Assembly (NCBI GenBank): GCA_963717935.1
Contig: CAVQXP010000004.1
Location: forward strand, 320,001-384,000
Source of the DNA: Candidatus Eiseniibacteriota bacterium
GTDB taxonomy: Bacteria; Eisenbacteria; RBG-16-71-46
Length of the DNA stretch: 64,000 nt
Direction: 5' to 3'
The position numbers and the translations under genes are program-made. The first letter of the stretch is position 1, and every line of letters begins with the position of its first letter. Positions 28,706-38,064 of the stretch are shown piece by piece. The notes beneath the pieces were generated by a model. The model saw nothing but the letters and a program-made list of their open reading frames with translations. It was not told the DNA's origin and did not search any database.

Positions 28706-28921
28706 TCGAGGACTCCTGGAAGGACCGGCCAGAACGACGCCGTGACTGCGGCAGTATAGCCGACCCGCGGGGGAAGACGCTCGCGGGCCTGTGCTAACGT
28801 CAGCCCGCGATGATGAGACGGCCCACGCGACTTCCGGACCTGTCATGAAGGGGCCCCCGCCCACGGCGTCCCCGACGACCTGGCGCTGGCGCGGCTCTGC
28901 CTCGACGCCGAGATCACCTCG

Positions 28922-29674
28922 ATGCGCGAGCGCACGGCCGGCGCGCCGGCCGCGCTGGCCGCGGACCTGGGGCTGCGCTACGAACCCGTGGACGGCGGCA
29001 CGGCCTTCATCGCCGCACGGTTTCCGCATGCGACGGTGAACCGCGTCACCGGCTTCGGTCTCGATCGACCACTCGACCAGGCGACCCTCGACCGCACCAT
29101 CGCGCTGTACCCGCACCGGGTCTTCTCGATCCAGCCGAGCCCCATGGCGCGCCCCCCAGAGCTGGCCGGTTGGCTCGCCTCGCGCGGATTCGCAGTGGAC
29201 TTCCACTGGCTCATCTGGGCGCGGGCGGCCGAGCCCCCGGCGGCCGAGTCGGCGACCGGCCTCGAGTTGCGCCGGCTGGGTCCGGAGCATGCGGAGGAGT
29301 TCGCGGCGCTGGCGTGCACCGCCTATGCGAACCCCGCGCGGCTCGCTCCCCTGCACGCGGCCGGCGTGGGACGGCCGCGCTGGCATCACTGGGGCGCCTT
29401 CGACGGTGACCGGCTCGTCTCGGCGGGCATCCTCTACGTGCACGGCGAGGTCGGTCGGCTCTTCACGGCCGGCACGCTGCCCATGCACCGCGGGCGCGGC
29501 GCACAGGGCGCACTGCTCGTGCGGCGCATGCGCGAGGCGGTCGCGCTCGGCTGCCGCTGGGTCACGGCGGAGACCGCGGACGATCCTCCGGACAGGCCCA
29601 ACGCGTCGGTCCACAACCTGAACCGCCTCGGGTTCCGGCTGCTGCACCGCCGCCCGGCGTGGATGCCGCGCTAA
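28922..29674 (+). CDS. GNAT-family N-acetyltransferase (start uncertain)
   Basis: NRVTGFG and AGTLPMHRGRGAQGALL acetyl-CoA motif, then ET...NAS..NL.RLGF. Confidence 0.8.
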   Translation: MRERTAGAPAALAADLGLRYEPVDGGTAFIAARFPHATVNRVTGFGLDRPLDQATLDRTIALYPHRVFSIQPSPMARPPELAGWLASRGFAVDFHWLIWARAAEPPAAESATGLELRRLGPEHAEEFAALACTAYANPARLAPLHAAGVGRPRWHHWGAFDGDRLVSAGILYVHGEVGRLFTAGTLPMHRGRGAQGALLVRRMREAVALGCRWVTAETADDPPDRPNASVHNLNRLGFRLLHRRPAWMPR

Positions 29675-29695
29675 CCGGACCCTACGGGCGGGCCG

Positions 29696-30502
29696 CTACT
29701 TCCCCCGGAACTCCGGCTTGCGCTTGCCGAGGTAGGCGCCCAGACCCTCCTTCGCATCGTCGCTCTGGAAGAGCATCTGCTCCAACTCGCGCTCGAGCGC
29801 CTGCGCGGCCTCGGCCGGCAGGTCGCTGCCCGTCTGCACCGCGCGCTTGATGTGGCCCACGGCCTTCGCCGCCCCGCGGGGCGGACCGAGGCTCCGCGCG
29901 TACTGCGATACCCTCTCCATGAACTCCTCGGTGTTCGCGGCCGCCCAGACGTCGTTCACGAAACCGAGCCGCTGCGCCTCCTCGAAGGTCACCAGATCAC
30001 CGGACACCATCAGCTCGATCGCCCGGCTGGGGTTCATCAACCGCGCCAGGCGCTTCGTGCCGCCGATGCCGGGCATCAGCCCGAGCTTCACCTCCGGCAG
30101 GCCCGTCCTGCCCGCGCCCTGGCGCGCGATCCTCAGGTCCGCCGCCAGCGCGATCTCCAGCCCGCCGCCCACCGCGTGTCCGTTGAGCGCGGCGATCACC
30201 AGCTTGGGCGTGTGCTCGAGGCGGTCCAGCGTCTCGCTCGCGTGAAGCAGGAAGGCGTAGCGAAAGGCCGGCGCCACGGCGTGGAGCATGCGGATGTCGC
30301 CCCCCGCGCAGAACACCCTGTCCCCCGACCCGCGCAGCACGATGGCGTGGACCTCTTCGTCGAAGCGCGCCTTGAGGATCGCCTCGTCGAGCTCGTGCAT
30401 CATCTCGAAGGTGAAGCAGTTCATGGGCGGGTTGCAGAATTCGATCACCGCCACGCCTTCCTTCGCGCGGTAGTCCACGAGCCGCGAACTGTTCGTCTCC
30501 AT
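29696..30502 (-). CDS. Enoyl-CoA hydratase/isomerase family protein
   Basis: [31 protein letters not shown] and EGL.AYL.KRKP.F motifs. Confidence 0.92.
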   Translation of the reverse strand: METNSSRLVDYRAKEGVAVIEFCNPPMNCFTFEMMHELDEAILKARFDEEVHAIVLRGSGDRVFCAGGDIRMLHAVAPAFRYAFLLHASETLDRLEHTPKLVIAALNGHAVGGGLEIALAADLRIARQGAGRTGLPEVKLGLMPGIGGTKRLARLMNPSRAIELMVSGDLVTFEEAQRLGFVNDVWAAANTEEFMERVSQYARSLGPPRGAAKAVGHIKRAVQTGSDLPAEAAQALERELEQMLFQSDDAKEGLGAYLGKRKPEFRGK

Positions 30503-30629
30503 GGCAGGGTCTCCAAGGGTGGGGAACTGCGCGACCGGCGCGGCGCGAGCATCCCCAACGCGCCCGGCACGCGTCAAGCGCCCGCTCGGGCGCACGCGCC
30601 ACCCGGCAGAGAGCCCCCGAAGGGCCCGG

Positions 30630-30669
30630 TTGCGCTCCGCCGGCGTCCTGGCTATCGTATATCTACGAT
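30630..30669 (+). promoter_or_regulatory. arsR-arsM promoter with overlapping operator
   Basis: TTGCGC-N17-TATCGT; the AT-rich inverted repeat ATCGTA-TATC-TACGAT (30654-30669) overlaps the -10 box. Confidence 0.65.
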
Positions 30670-30696
30670 GAACAATCGGAGGCGCCCACGAGCCCG

Positions 30697-30996
30697 ATGA
30701 GATCCTCCCGCGCGAAGCCACCGCATCCCGCGGCCGACGTGGAGCTGGCGCGGCTCGCCCGCGCGCTGGCGCACCCGGCCCGCGTGCGCATCGTGCGCCT
30801 GCTGGCCCGGCGCGGTGCGTGCGTGTGCGGGCAGATCGTGCTCGGTCTGCCGCTGGCGCAGGCCACCGTCTCGCAGCACCTCAAGGTGCTCAAGGAGGCC
30901 GGGATCATCCGTGGCCAGGTGGACGGCTCGTGCATCTGCTACTGCCTCGATTCGAAGGCGCTGAGGCGCGCGAAGGAGCTCTTCGGGAGGCTCTGA
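30697..30996 (+). CDS. arsR: ArsR/SmtB-family repressor
   Basis: ALAHPAR, CVC metal site, [14 protein letters not shown] and CICYC; directly upstream of arsM. Confidence 0.92.
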   Translation: MRSSRAKPPHPAADVELARLARALAHPARVRIVRLLARRGACVCGQIVLGLPLAQATVSQHLKVLKEAGIIRGQVDGSCICYCLDSKALRRAKELFGRL

Positions 30997-31050
30997 GCCT
31001 GCGTGAAGACGCCGGCCCGGAGAGCCCCCCGGAACCTGGAGGGGAGTGCG

Positions 31051-31863
31051 ATGAGCGAGAGCGAAGACATCCGCGCCGTGGTACGGGAGAAGTACGGCGA
31101 GATCGCCGAGGGCAAGCGCGGTGGATGCGGATGCTCCGGGGTGCCCGCCGGGCACTCGTCGGAGGCGGATCGCGGGTCCTGCTGCGGTGACGTGCTGCTC
31201 GCGCTCGGCTACACCGAGGAGCAGAAGGCCGCCCTCCCCGAGGGCGCCGACCTGGGTCTCGGTTGCGGCAACCCGCTCGCGCACGCGGCCCTGAAGCCCG
31301 GCGAGACCGTGCTGGATCTCGGCTCGGGCGCGGGCGTGGACTGCTTCCTCGCCGCGCGCGAAGCGGGGCCCGCCGGTCACGTCATCGGCGTGGACATGAC
31401 GCCCGCGATGATCGAGAAGGCGCGCGCCAACGCCGCCAGGGCCGGCACCACGAACGTCGAGTTCCGCCTCGGCGAGATCGAGCACCTGCCGGTGGCCGAC
31501 GCGACCGTGGACTGCATCATCTCGAACTGCGTCGTGAACCTCTCCCCCGACAAGCCGCAGGTCTTCCGCGAGGCGCACCGCGCGTTGAAGCCCGGTGGGC
31601 GGATGCTGCTGAGCGACCTCGTGCTCTCGCGGCCGCTCTCCCGCGCACTGCAGCAGAACGTCGCTCTCTACGTGGGCTGCATCGCCGGCGCCGCGATGAA
31701 GGACGACTACCTGGACATGATCCGCCGGGCCGGCTTCGCCGAGGTCACCGTGGTCGAGGAGCGCGGCTACACCGTGGGCCTGGACGCGCTGCCCGCGGGC
31801 AGCCCCGAGCGCGAGGCGTTCGCCTCCGTGGTGTCGATGAAGGTGAGGGCGTGGAAGGTCTGA
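31051..31863 (+). CDS. arsM: Arsenite S-adenosylmethyltransferase
   Basis: N-terminal CGC..CC, GLGCGNP, DLGSGAG.D, GVDMTPAM, ISNCVVNL and GCIAGA motifs. Confidence 0.92.
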   Translation: MSESEDIRAVVREKYGEIAEGKRGGCGCSGVPAGHSSEADRGSCCGDVLLALGYTEEQKAALPEGADLGLGCGNPLAHAALKPGETVLDLGSGAGVDCFLAAREAGPAGHVIGVDMTPAMIEKARANAARAGTTNVEFRLGEIEHLPVADATVDCIISNCVVNLSPDKPQVFREAHRALKPGGRMLLSDLVLSRPLSRALQQNVALYVGCIAGAAMKDDYLDMIRRAGFAEVTVVEERGYTVGLDALPAGSPEREAFASVVSMKVRAWKV

Positions 31864-31928
31864 GCCCCGGGCGCGGGCGGGCGCCAGCGGGGGACCGCAC
31901 GAACCCGGCCGGCCGGGCGTCCCCGCGC

Positions 31929-31965
31929 TTGACGGCCGCCCCCATCCGCAGACATCCTTAATGTC
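31929..31965 (+). promoter_or_regulatory. Promoter/operator of the metal-uptake operon
   Basis: TTGACG at 31929 and inverted repeat GACAT-N5-ATGTC (31951-31965) just before the leader ATG, which has no Shine-Dalgarno sequence. Confidence 0.4.
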
Positions 31966-31968
31966 GTC

Positions 31969-32271
31969 ATGAACCCCCGCCCGTTCCTCCGCAGGGCCGC
32001 CGCGCGCGCCCCGAGTGTCCTCGCCGCCACCGGCGCACTGCTCGTGATGTTCGGCCTCCTCGCGGCCAACCTGCACCACCATGGCGATGACGGGGCGCAC
32101 CACGCCTGCGCGATCTGCGTGGCGGCCCACGCGCCCTCCGAGACCACCCCGCACGTCGCCCCGAGCGCGCCCACCACGCCCCGGGCCGAGCGGGTCATTG
32201 AGACGAGCGCGTTCCGCCCGTGCGCCGCTCCGCGCACCGCCACGGCGCCGCGCGGGCCCCCGGCCGCCTGA
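31969..32271 (+). CDS. DUF2946-like His/CxxC leader peptide with C-terminal RGPP
   Basis: One hydrophobic segment, HHH...HHACAIC, a Pro/Ala linker, and the end APRGPPAA. Confidence 0.75.
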   Translation: MNPRPFLRRAAARAPSVLAATGALLVMFGLLAANLHHHGDDGAHHACAICVAAHAPSETTPHVAPSAPTTPRAERVIETSAFRPCAAPRTATAPRGPPAA

Positions 32272-32401
32272 CCTCCCGCGCGCCGCGCCGGCGCGCGCCC
32301 GCTCGATCCCTCACGCCGCGGTCCCGTACGGGGCCGTCGTCCCCGTGCCCGAGGCCCGGGCGGGGTGACACCGTGAAGGCACCCCCAGGAGGCAGACCGC
32401 C

Positions 32402-33547
32402 ATGCGACGTCTCATTCCCCTGCTCGCCGTGCTCATCGGCACGGTCGCGGGAACCGCGCCGGCCCCGGCCGGCGTCGTCAACCCTGACATCTCCGTGATC
32501 GGCCAGCCCTTCCTGCGCTGGACCGACGACACCGCTGATCCCGCACGCCGGCGCGCCACCTTCGCCGCCGGCGAGACGGAGTTCGTCTTCGACGCCTACC
32601 TCAACCCCTACGCCCGGGGCAACTTCACGCTGGCGCTCCACGAGGAGCACACGCACCTGGAGGAGGGGTACTTCTCGCTCCTGCGCGGACTGCCCGCCGG
32701 CCTGGCCCTGAAGGGCGGCAAGTACCGCGCCGGGTTCGGTAGGCTGAATCCCGAGCATCCCCACGTCTATCCGTTCGCGGATCGCTTCCGCGTCCTGGCC
32801 GCCTACCTGCCGGGCGAGGAGGCCCTCATCGAGACGGGCTTCCAGCTCTCGGAGCGGTTCGCGCTGCCGGGCGACCTGGCGCTCACCGCGAGCATGGACT
32901 GGTTGCAGGGCGACTCGTACCGCATCCCGCGCGAGGTGGGCGAGGCGGCGAGCGACCCGCTCGCAGCCGACCCCGCGGAGGGGGACCGCACCTCGGAGCC
33001 GCGACCCGCGGCACTCGTCCGGCTCTCGTTGTTCGCGCCGGCCGGGGAGCGCTCGGGCCTCGAGTTCGGCCTGTCCGGCACCCAGGGGACCAACAACGTC
33101 GCCGCCGGCACGCGCACGACGGTGTGGGGCGTGGACGCGAAGGCGAAGCTGTGGAACGGCCAGCGTTCCTACGCGTTGCTCCAGGGCGAATGGCTGGGGC
33201 TCGACCGCGAGCAGGCCGGCTGGGACGGGACCGCGGCGGCCTATACGAGATCGAACGTGCGACCGACGGGCGGCTACCTGTTCGCGGACTACAACTGGGA
33301 CCTGCGCTACGACGTCGGCGCCTCGTACGAGCGCTGGCAGCGGCCGATCGCCGGCCAGACCTGGGACCAGGCATTCGGTGTCTTCGCCGGACTCGCCCTC
33401 ATGGAGGAGACGACGGTGTTCCGTCTCGGCTGGGAGCGCTACGTCCCCGGCCACACCGGAGGCGTGCCCGAGGACCCCGAGACCGTGAACACGCTCACCC
33501 TTCGCGTCATCTACTCGATGGGCCCCCACAAGGCCCACCAGTTCTAG
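32402..33547 (+). CDS. Outer-membrane porin-like receptor for metal uptake
   Basis: Signal peptide, NPDISVI, EEGY, FGRLN..HPH and C-terminal GPHKAHQF; upstream of znuA/znuB-like genes. Confidence 0.7.
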   Translation: MRRLIPLLAVLIGTVAGTAPAPAGVVNPDISVIGQPFLRWTDDTADPARRRATFAAGETEFVFDAYLNPYARGNFTLALHEEHTHLEEGYFSLLRGLPAGLALKGGKYRAGFGRLNPEHPHVYPFADRFRVLAAYLPGEEALIETGFQLSERFALPGDLALTASMDWLQGDSYRIPREVGEAASDPLAADPAEGDRTSEPRPAALVRLSLFAPAGERSGLEFGLSGTQGTNNVAAGTRTTVWGVDAKAKLWNGQRSYALLQGEWLGLDREQAGWDGTAAAYTRSNVRPTGGYLFADYNWDLRYDVGASYERWQRPIAGQTWDQAFGVFAGLALMEETTVFRLGWERYVPGHTGGVPEDPETVNTLTLRVIYSMGPHKAHQF

Positions 33548-33557
33548 GAGGCCCGCC

Positions 33558-34463
33558 ATGACCATCCGACGACTCACGTGCGCCGTGCTGTGCGGCGCGC
33601 TCCTGTCGATCCCGGCGACGGCGCTCGCCAGGGTCCGCGTCGCCGCCTCGACCACCGACCTCGCCTCGATCGCCAGTTCGGTCGGAGGCGAACAGGTCGA
33701 GGTCTTCGCCATCGCCCGCCCCGGCAGCGATGTCCACCGCGTCGAGGTGCTGCCCTCGTACATGGTCCGGGTCGCGAAGGCCGATCTCTACCTCAAGGTC
33801 GGGCTCGGCCTCGACTCGTGGGCCGACGGCATCATCGACGGCTCGCGCAACCCGCGCCTCGTGAAGCTCGACTGCGGACTCGGCATCCAGCCGCTCGAGC
33901 GGCCCACCGGCAAGGTGGACGCCTCGCTGGGTGACGTGCATCCCGACGGCAACCCGCACTACTGGCTCGACCCGCGCAACGGCGCCATCGTGGCGCGCCA
34001 GGTGGCCGAGGCGCTGGCGCGGCTCGACCCCGCGCACGCGGGGCTCTTCCAGGCACGCGCGGAGGCCTTTGCGAAGGAGGCCGGGGCGCAGCTCACCCGC
34101 GGGCGGCAGGTCGTGGCGGCCCTGCCCGTCAGGACCATCCTCACCTACCACGCGTCCTGGGTGTACCTCGCCAGCGCGTTCGGGCTCGAGATCGTCGGCA
34201 CCGTCGAACCCGTGCCGGGCATCCCGCCCACGGGCAAGCACCTGCAACGGATCCTCGCGCTGGCGAAGGAGCGCCGCGTGCCCTTCCTGCTCCAGGAGCC
34301 GTACTTCTCCGACGAGGCGGGCCGCTTCCTCGCCCGCGAGACCGGCGTGCGGGTGATCCGGATGTCCGCCTCGTGCGACGGCCCGGCCGCCGGCCGCTAC
34401 CTCGCGCACCTCGACCAGGTGCTCACGGCCCTCGCGGCACCGCCCGCGACGGGCGCGAAGTAG
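33558..34463 (+). CDS. Zn/Mn ABC transporter substrate-binding protein (ZnuA/TroA family)
   Basis: DVH, GDVHPDGNPHYWLDP, YHASW.Y and E..PGIPP motifs. Confidence 0.92.
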   Translation: MTIRRLTCAVLCGALLSIPATALARVRVAASTTDLASIASSVGGEQVEVFAIARPGSDVHRVEVLPSYMVRVAKADLYLKVGLGLDSWADGIIDGSRNPRLVKLDCGLGIQPLERPTGKVDASLGDVHPDGNPHYWLDPRNGAIVARQVAEALARLDPAHAGLFQARAEAFAKEAGAQLTRGRQVVAALPVRTILTYHASWVYLASAFGLEIVGTVEPVPGIPPTGKHLQRILALAKERRVPFLLQEPYFSDEAGRFLARETGVRVIRMSASCDGPAAGRYLAHLDQVLTALAAPPATGAK

Positions 34464-34475
34464 CGGGAGCCGGCC

Positions 34476-35408
34476 ATGCTCGACGCCTTCCAGTTGCCCT
34501 TCTTCCAGACCGCGCTGTTCGCAGCGCTCGTCCTGGCCGGCATCCACGCGTACCTGGGTTTCCACATCGTGCGCCGCGGCGTGATCTTCGTGGACCTGGC
34601 GCTCGCGCAGATGGCGGCCCTGGGCGTCGCGCTGGCCGTCGTCCTGAGGCTGCACGACGACGGGATGGGGACCTACGCGCTGGCGCTGGGGATGACGTTC
34701 GTGGGCGCGGCCAGCTTCGCCTGGCTGCGCTCCCAGGAGCGCAACGTCCCGCTCGAGGCCTTCATCGGCATCGTGTTCGCCACCGCGCAGGCCGCGGTGT
34801 TCCTCGTGCTGGAGAAGAGCCCCGCGGGCCCCGAGCACCTCAAGCAGACGCTCGTCGGGAGTCTCTTCACGGTGAGTCCGGCCCAGGTGCTCAAGACGGC
34901 CGCGCTGTACGCCGCGCTCGGCGTGCTGCACTTCCTGCTGCGCAGGCCCTTCTTCGAGATCACGAACGACCCCGCGGGCGCCGCGGCCCGTGGGCGCCGG
35001 ATCTTCTGGTGGGATCTGGCCTTCTACGCCATCTTCGGCTTCGTCGTCACTTCGAGCGTGCAGATCGCGGGCGTGCTGCTGGTCTTCGGCCTGCTCGTGA
35101 TCCCGGCGGTCGCCGGGTTGCTGGCGACCCCGAGTCCCTCCCGCGCGCTGGCCGTGGGCTGGGTCTTCGGATTCGTGGGCAGCCTGCTCGGCCTGCTGGG
35201 GTCCATGACGCTCGATCTGCCCGCGGCGCCGAGCATCCTGATCTCCCTCACCGGCCTGCTCGTCCTGCTGGGCGTGGCGCTGCGGCTGCGCGGGAGACCG
35301 GCCACGCACCGAGTGGGTGCGAGTGGGTCGCCGGGCGGTCTCAGTCCGCTTCGGAGAACGCTTCCGCGCCTTCCAGCGCCGGGTCCATCACCACGTCGGC
35401 CCGGATGA
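34476..35408 (+). CDS. Zn/Mn ABC transporter permease (ZnuB family)
   Basis: H.YLG.H..RRGVIFVDLALAQ and GVLLVFGLLVIPA motifs; about 8 TM helices. Confidence 0.9.
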   Translation: MLDAFQLPFFQTALFAALVLAGIHAYLGFHIVRRGVIFVDLALAQMAALGVALAVVLRLHDDGMGTYALALGMTFVGAASFAWLRSQERNVPLEAFIGIVFATAQAAVFLVLEKSPAGPEHLKQTLVGSLFTVSPAQVLKTAALYAALGVLHFLLRRPFFEITNDPAGAAARGRRIFWWDLAFYAIFGFVVTSSVQIAGVLLVFGLLVIPAVAGLLATPSPSRALAVGWVFGFVGSLLGLLGSMTLDLPAAPSILISLTGLLVLLGVALRLRGRPATHRVGASGSPGGLSPLRRTLPRLPAPGPSPRRPG

Positions 35409-36420
35409 TGCCCAGGCGCCGCATCAGCCGGATGTAGTTCGCGCGCGAGCAACCCTCGAGCCGCGAGGCGCAGCTCACGTTGCGCGCCGTGCGCAGTTGA
35501 CGCAGCACGCAGTCGCGTTGCCCCTCGTCCTTCGCGCATTGCGAAGGCCGCCAGGCCGGATGCTTGTCCTGCGGCAGGTCCTCCGCCTCGATCACCATCC
35601 GCGGGCCCGCGCGTTGCAGGGCGCGCACCAGCACCGCGGCGAGCTCGACGATGTTCCCGTACCAATCGCGATCGAGGAGCTCCTCGATCGCGCGGGGCGA
35701 GATCCGGCGCAGCGGCTCGCCGCTCTGGCGCGCGCCCTCGATCAGGCAGCGCGCCGCCAGCAGCGGCAGGTCCTGCGGCCGCTCCCGCAGCGATGGCACC
35801 CGCAGGATGGGCACCGACAGGCCGGGGCCAGCGGCCCCGGGCGCGCGGCGCGCCTTCCACTCGCGGCGCCAGCGGCGCAGCGTGATCCCGGCGCGCGTCA
35901 CGCCCGTACCCGGCTCGCCGTAGACGTAGACGGGCGTGTCCTGCTCGGCGGCCGCTCGCAGCGCGCGCAGGAACTCGCGGGACATCGGCGCCCGGACCGT
36001 CCAGGCTTCCGTGAGGATCGCCGGGAGGTCCGGCGGGATCTCCAGCGAGGGCGGCTCGAGCAGGGCCCCGAGCGCGCGTTCGAGGCCACCGATGAAGTCC
36101 GGCTCGGTCGTGTCGGTCGTGAAGTGCGGGTGCACGGTCCGCTGCGCGTCGCGCCGGAAACTCGGCGAGCGGACCTCGCTGTAGATGAGCCGGAAGGCGC
36201 GCGGCAGGGTCTCGCGCACGACCTGCAGCACCTCGATCCCGCTGCCCCTTTCGTCCAGGCCGTAGTTCGCGACCACCGCCCCCCAGGGGCCCAGGGGCAG
36301 GGCTGCCATCACTTCGTCGATGGTGGAGACGTGCCGGCACTCGAAGCGCACCGAGAACGCGCGGACTATCGCCCGACCGCGCTCGACGTCATCCTCCACC
36401 AGGAGTACGCGGGGGTTCAT
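35341..36420 (-). CDS. Degenerate NtrC-like protein: pseudo-receiver, truncated sigma54 AAA+ domain and Fis-like HTH
   Basis: VLLVEDD receiver start, V.VYGEPGTG, VPSLRERPQDLPLL, DWYGNIVEL and a C-terminal HTH; GAFTGA and Walker B are absent. Confidence 0.7.
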   Translation of the reverse strand: MNPRVLLVEDDVERGRAIVRAFSVRFECRHVSTIDEVMAALPLGPWGAVVANYGLDERGSGIEVLQVVRETLPRAFRLIYSEVRSPSFRRDAQRTVHPHFTTDTTEPDFIGGLERALGALLEPPSLEIPPDLPAILTEAWTVRAPMSREFLRALRAAAEQDTPVYVYGEPGTGVTRAGITLRRWRREWKARRAPGAAGPGLSVPILRVPSLRERPQDLPLLAARCLIEGARQSGEPLRRISPRAIEELLDRDWYGNIVELAAVLVRALQRAGPRMVIEAEDLPQDKHPAWRPSQCAKDEGQRDCVLRQLRTARNVSCASRLEGCSRANYIRLMRRLGIIRADVVMDPALEGAEAFSEAD

Positions 36421-36942
36421 GGGCGGCCCGTCCACCGCGAAGACACGGTGACGGCGTCGGCCGCTCGCCACGGCGTCGACGCGGCCGGACGGTGGAAGGC
36501 GGACAAGTTGCGGTAAAACTCTGGAGTTCGGCGGATGCGCACGCCAAGGCACAGCCCGGTTGAGATTCTCGGGCCGCGCACAGAGGAGTACCACCGGAGG
36601 CCCAGGAGGGGCCACCTCGACCATCCGGGATAAAATGTCACAGTCGGGATTCTAATACAGACAACAGGTTAAGCGCCAGAGTCTCAAACATGAGACATAT
36701 CGGCGCGGCCTCGACTGTCGGAGAATCCGCGCTCTGGGATAGGGTTCGTCCGGGCCTGAAGCGCGGTCTGCGGACCTTGGCCCTGTACCCCGCGGGACCA
36801 CCGAAGCCATCACGCTCGGGGGACGGATGGTCCAGGTACCCGCGGGGTTTCCGTTTTCCCCCGGCGGGCTCGCCCCCCGGCCGCAGGCCGGGTCTCGAGC
36901 GGCCGTCCACCCCACGGCACGCAGGCGCGGCGACGCCGGGCG

Positions 36943-38064
36943 CTAGCTCTTGCCCCGCCCCCCGCGTTTCGCGCCCTTCCGACCCCGGCCCGCCGATCCA
37001 TGCTTCACCGGCCGGCTCTTGCTTGCGTCCGCCCGTGCGCTGCGCTGACGCGAGGCCGAGGCACGCTCGGCCTTCTTGAGTCGCCCGATCGCGGGCTTGA
37101 CCCTGGTCTTCTTCTCGTCGCCCGTGCGCCGGGGCTTGAGCCGCGCGTGGTCCGGGCCCGCGCCGCGCGTCGAGGACACCGTGCGCGTCGTGGACGAGAG
37201 CGGCTTCTTCGCCGTCCTCTTCGCGTCGTGGTACTCGGGCCGTACGGCCAGCCGGCTGATCGCTCTCGAGCCCTTCTTCACGGGCTTGCGCATCGCCACC
37301 TGGTGCGTGGGCACATCCTGGTCGTAGGGCTCCGCCAGCTCCTCCTCGAACGTCTCCGGCGGCGCGGTCTCGCGGAACACGACCACGTTGCCATCCGGGT
37401 CGAGCACTTCGGCGAAGAGCCCGAAGTCCTGCTCGGTCGGCGCCGTCGCGAAGGTGACGTCACGGCCGTTGACCTCCTCGACCCAGGCTTCAAGGTCCAG
37501 GGTCTCGAGGCAGAAGGCGATCCGCTGGCCGGCGTGCAGCGGGTGGCTGAGCCCCGCGGGACGCTTGTGGACCGCGAGGCGCACGTCGCCCGCCTCGAAC
37601 TCCACCCAGTGCGGGCTCACGTACGAGGTGGCGAGCCCGAGGCGGTCGCGGTAGAAGCCCACCGCCTGATCGAGGTCCTGCACGTTCACGACGACCGTGC
37701 CGATGACGGGACCTGCGTCGTGCGGGCGGTCTCCGCCCGCACGCAGCGCGACGAGGTTCCCCTCGGGGTCGCGGAACTGCACCGTCGTCCCGTACGGCTG
37801 GTCCTGGATCTCGCCCGCCGGGTGGAGGCCCCAGGTCCGGAAACGCTCCACCTCGGCCTTCACATCGGGACTGTCGAAGGTGAGTTCGATCTCGCGCCGG
37901 TGCATGGCCCCGAGCGGGTGCAGCGCCAGCGTCACGCCGCCGGTGCGGTAGGAGGTCCAGTTGGGACCCGCGTAGACCGGATAGAGTCCGATGCCTTCTT
38001 CGTAGAACTTCCGCGCAGCTTCCACATCGGGCGTGAAGAGGATGATCTGGACCAGGCGTCTCAT
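36943..38064 (-). CDS. Tandem VOC (glyoxalase/bleomycin-resistance) protein with a long basic tail
   Basis: Two VOC domains (FY...GL, F.DP[ED]GN) followed by about 130 aa of K/R/S/A-rich sequence. Confidence 0.85.
   Translation of the reverse strand: MRRLVQIILFTPDVEAARKFYEEGIGLYPVYAGPNWTSYRTGGVTLALHPLGAMHRREIELTFDSPDVKAEVERFRTWGLHPAGEIQDQPYGTTVQFRDPEGNLVALRAGGDRPHDAGPVIGTVVVNVQDLDQAVGFYRDRLGLATSYVSPHWVEFEAGDVRLAVHKRPAGLSHPLHAGQRIAFCLETLDLEAWVEEVNGRDVTFATAPTEQDFGLFAEVLDPDGNVVVFRETAPPETFEEELAEPYDQDVPTHQVAMRKPVKKGSRAISRLAVRPEYHDAKRTAKKPLSSTTRTVSSTRGAGPDHARLKPRRTGDEKKTRVKPAIGRLKKAERASASRQRSARADASKSRPVKHGSAGRGRKGAKRGGRGKS

Noticed and set aside
30697..31863. Selenocysteine recoding in ArsM (also considered for the AhpD-like and Bcp genes)
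   Set aside because: The catalytic positions are Cys codons and there is no in-frame TGA within the domains.
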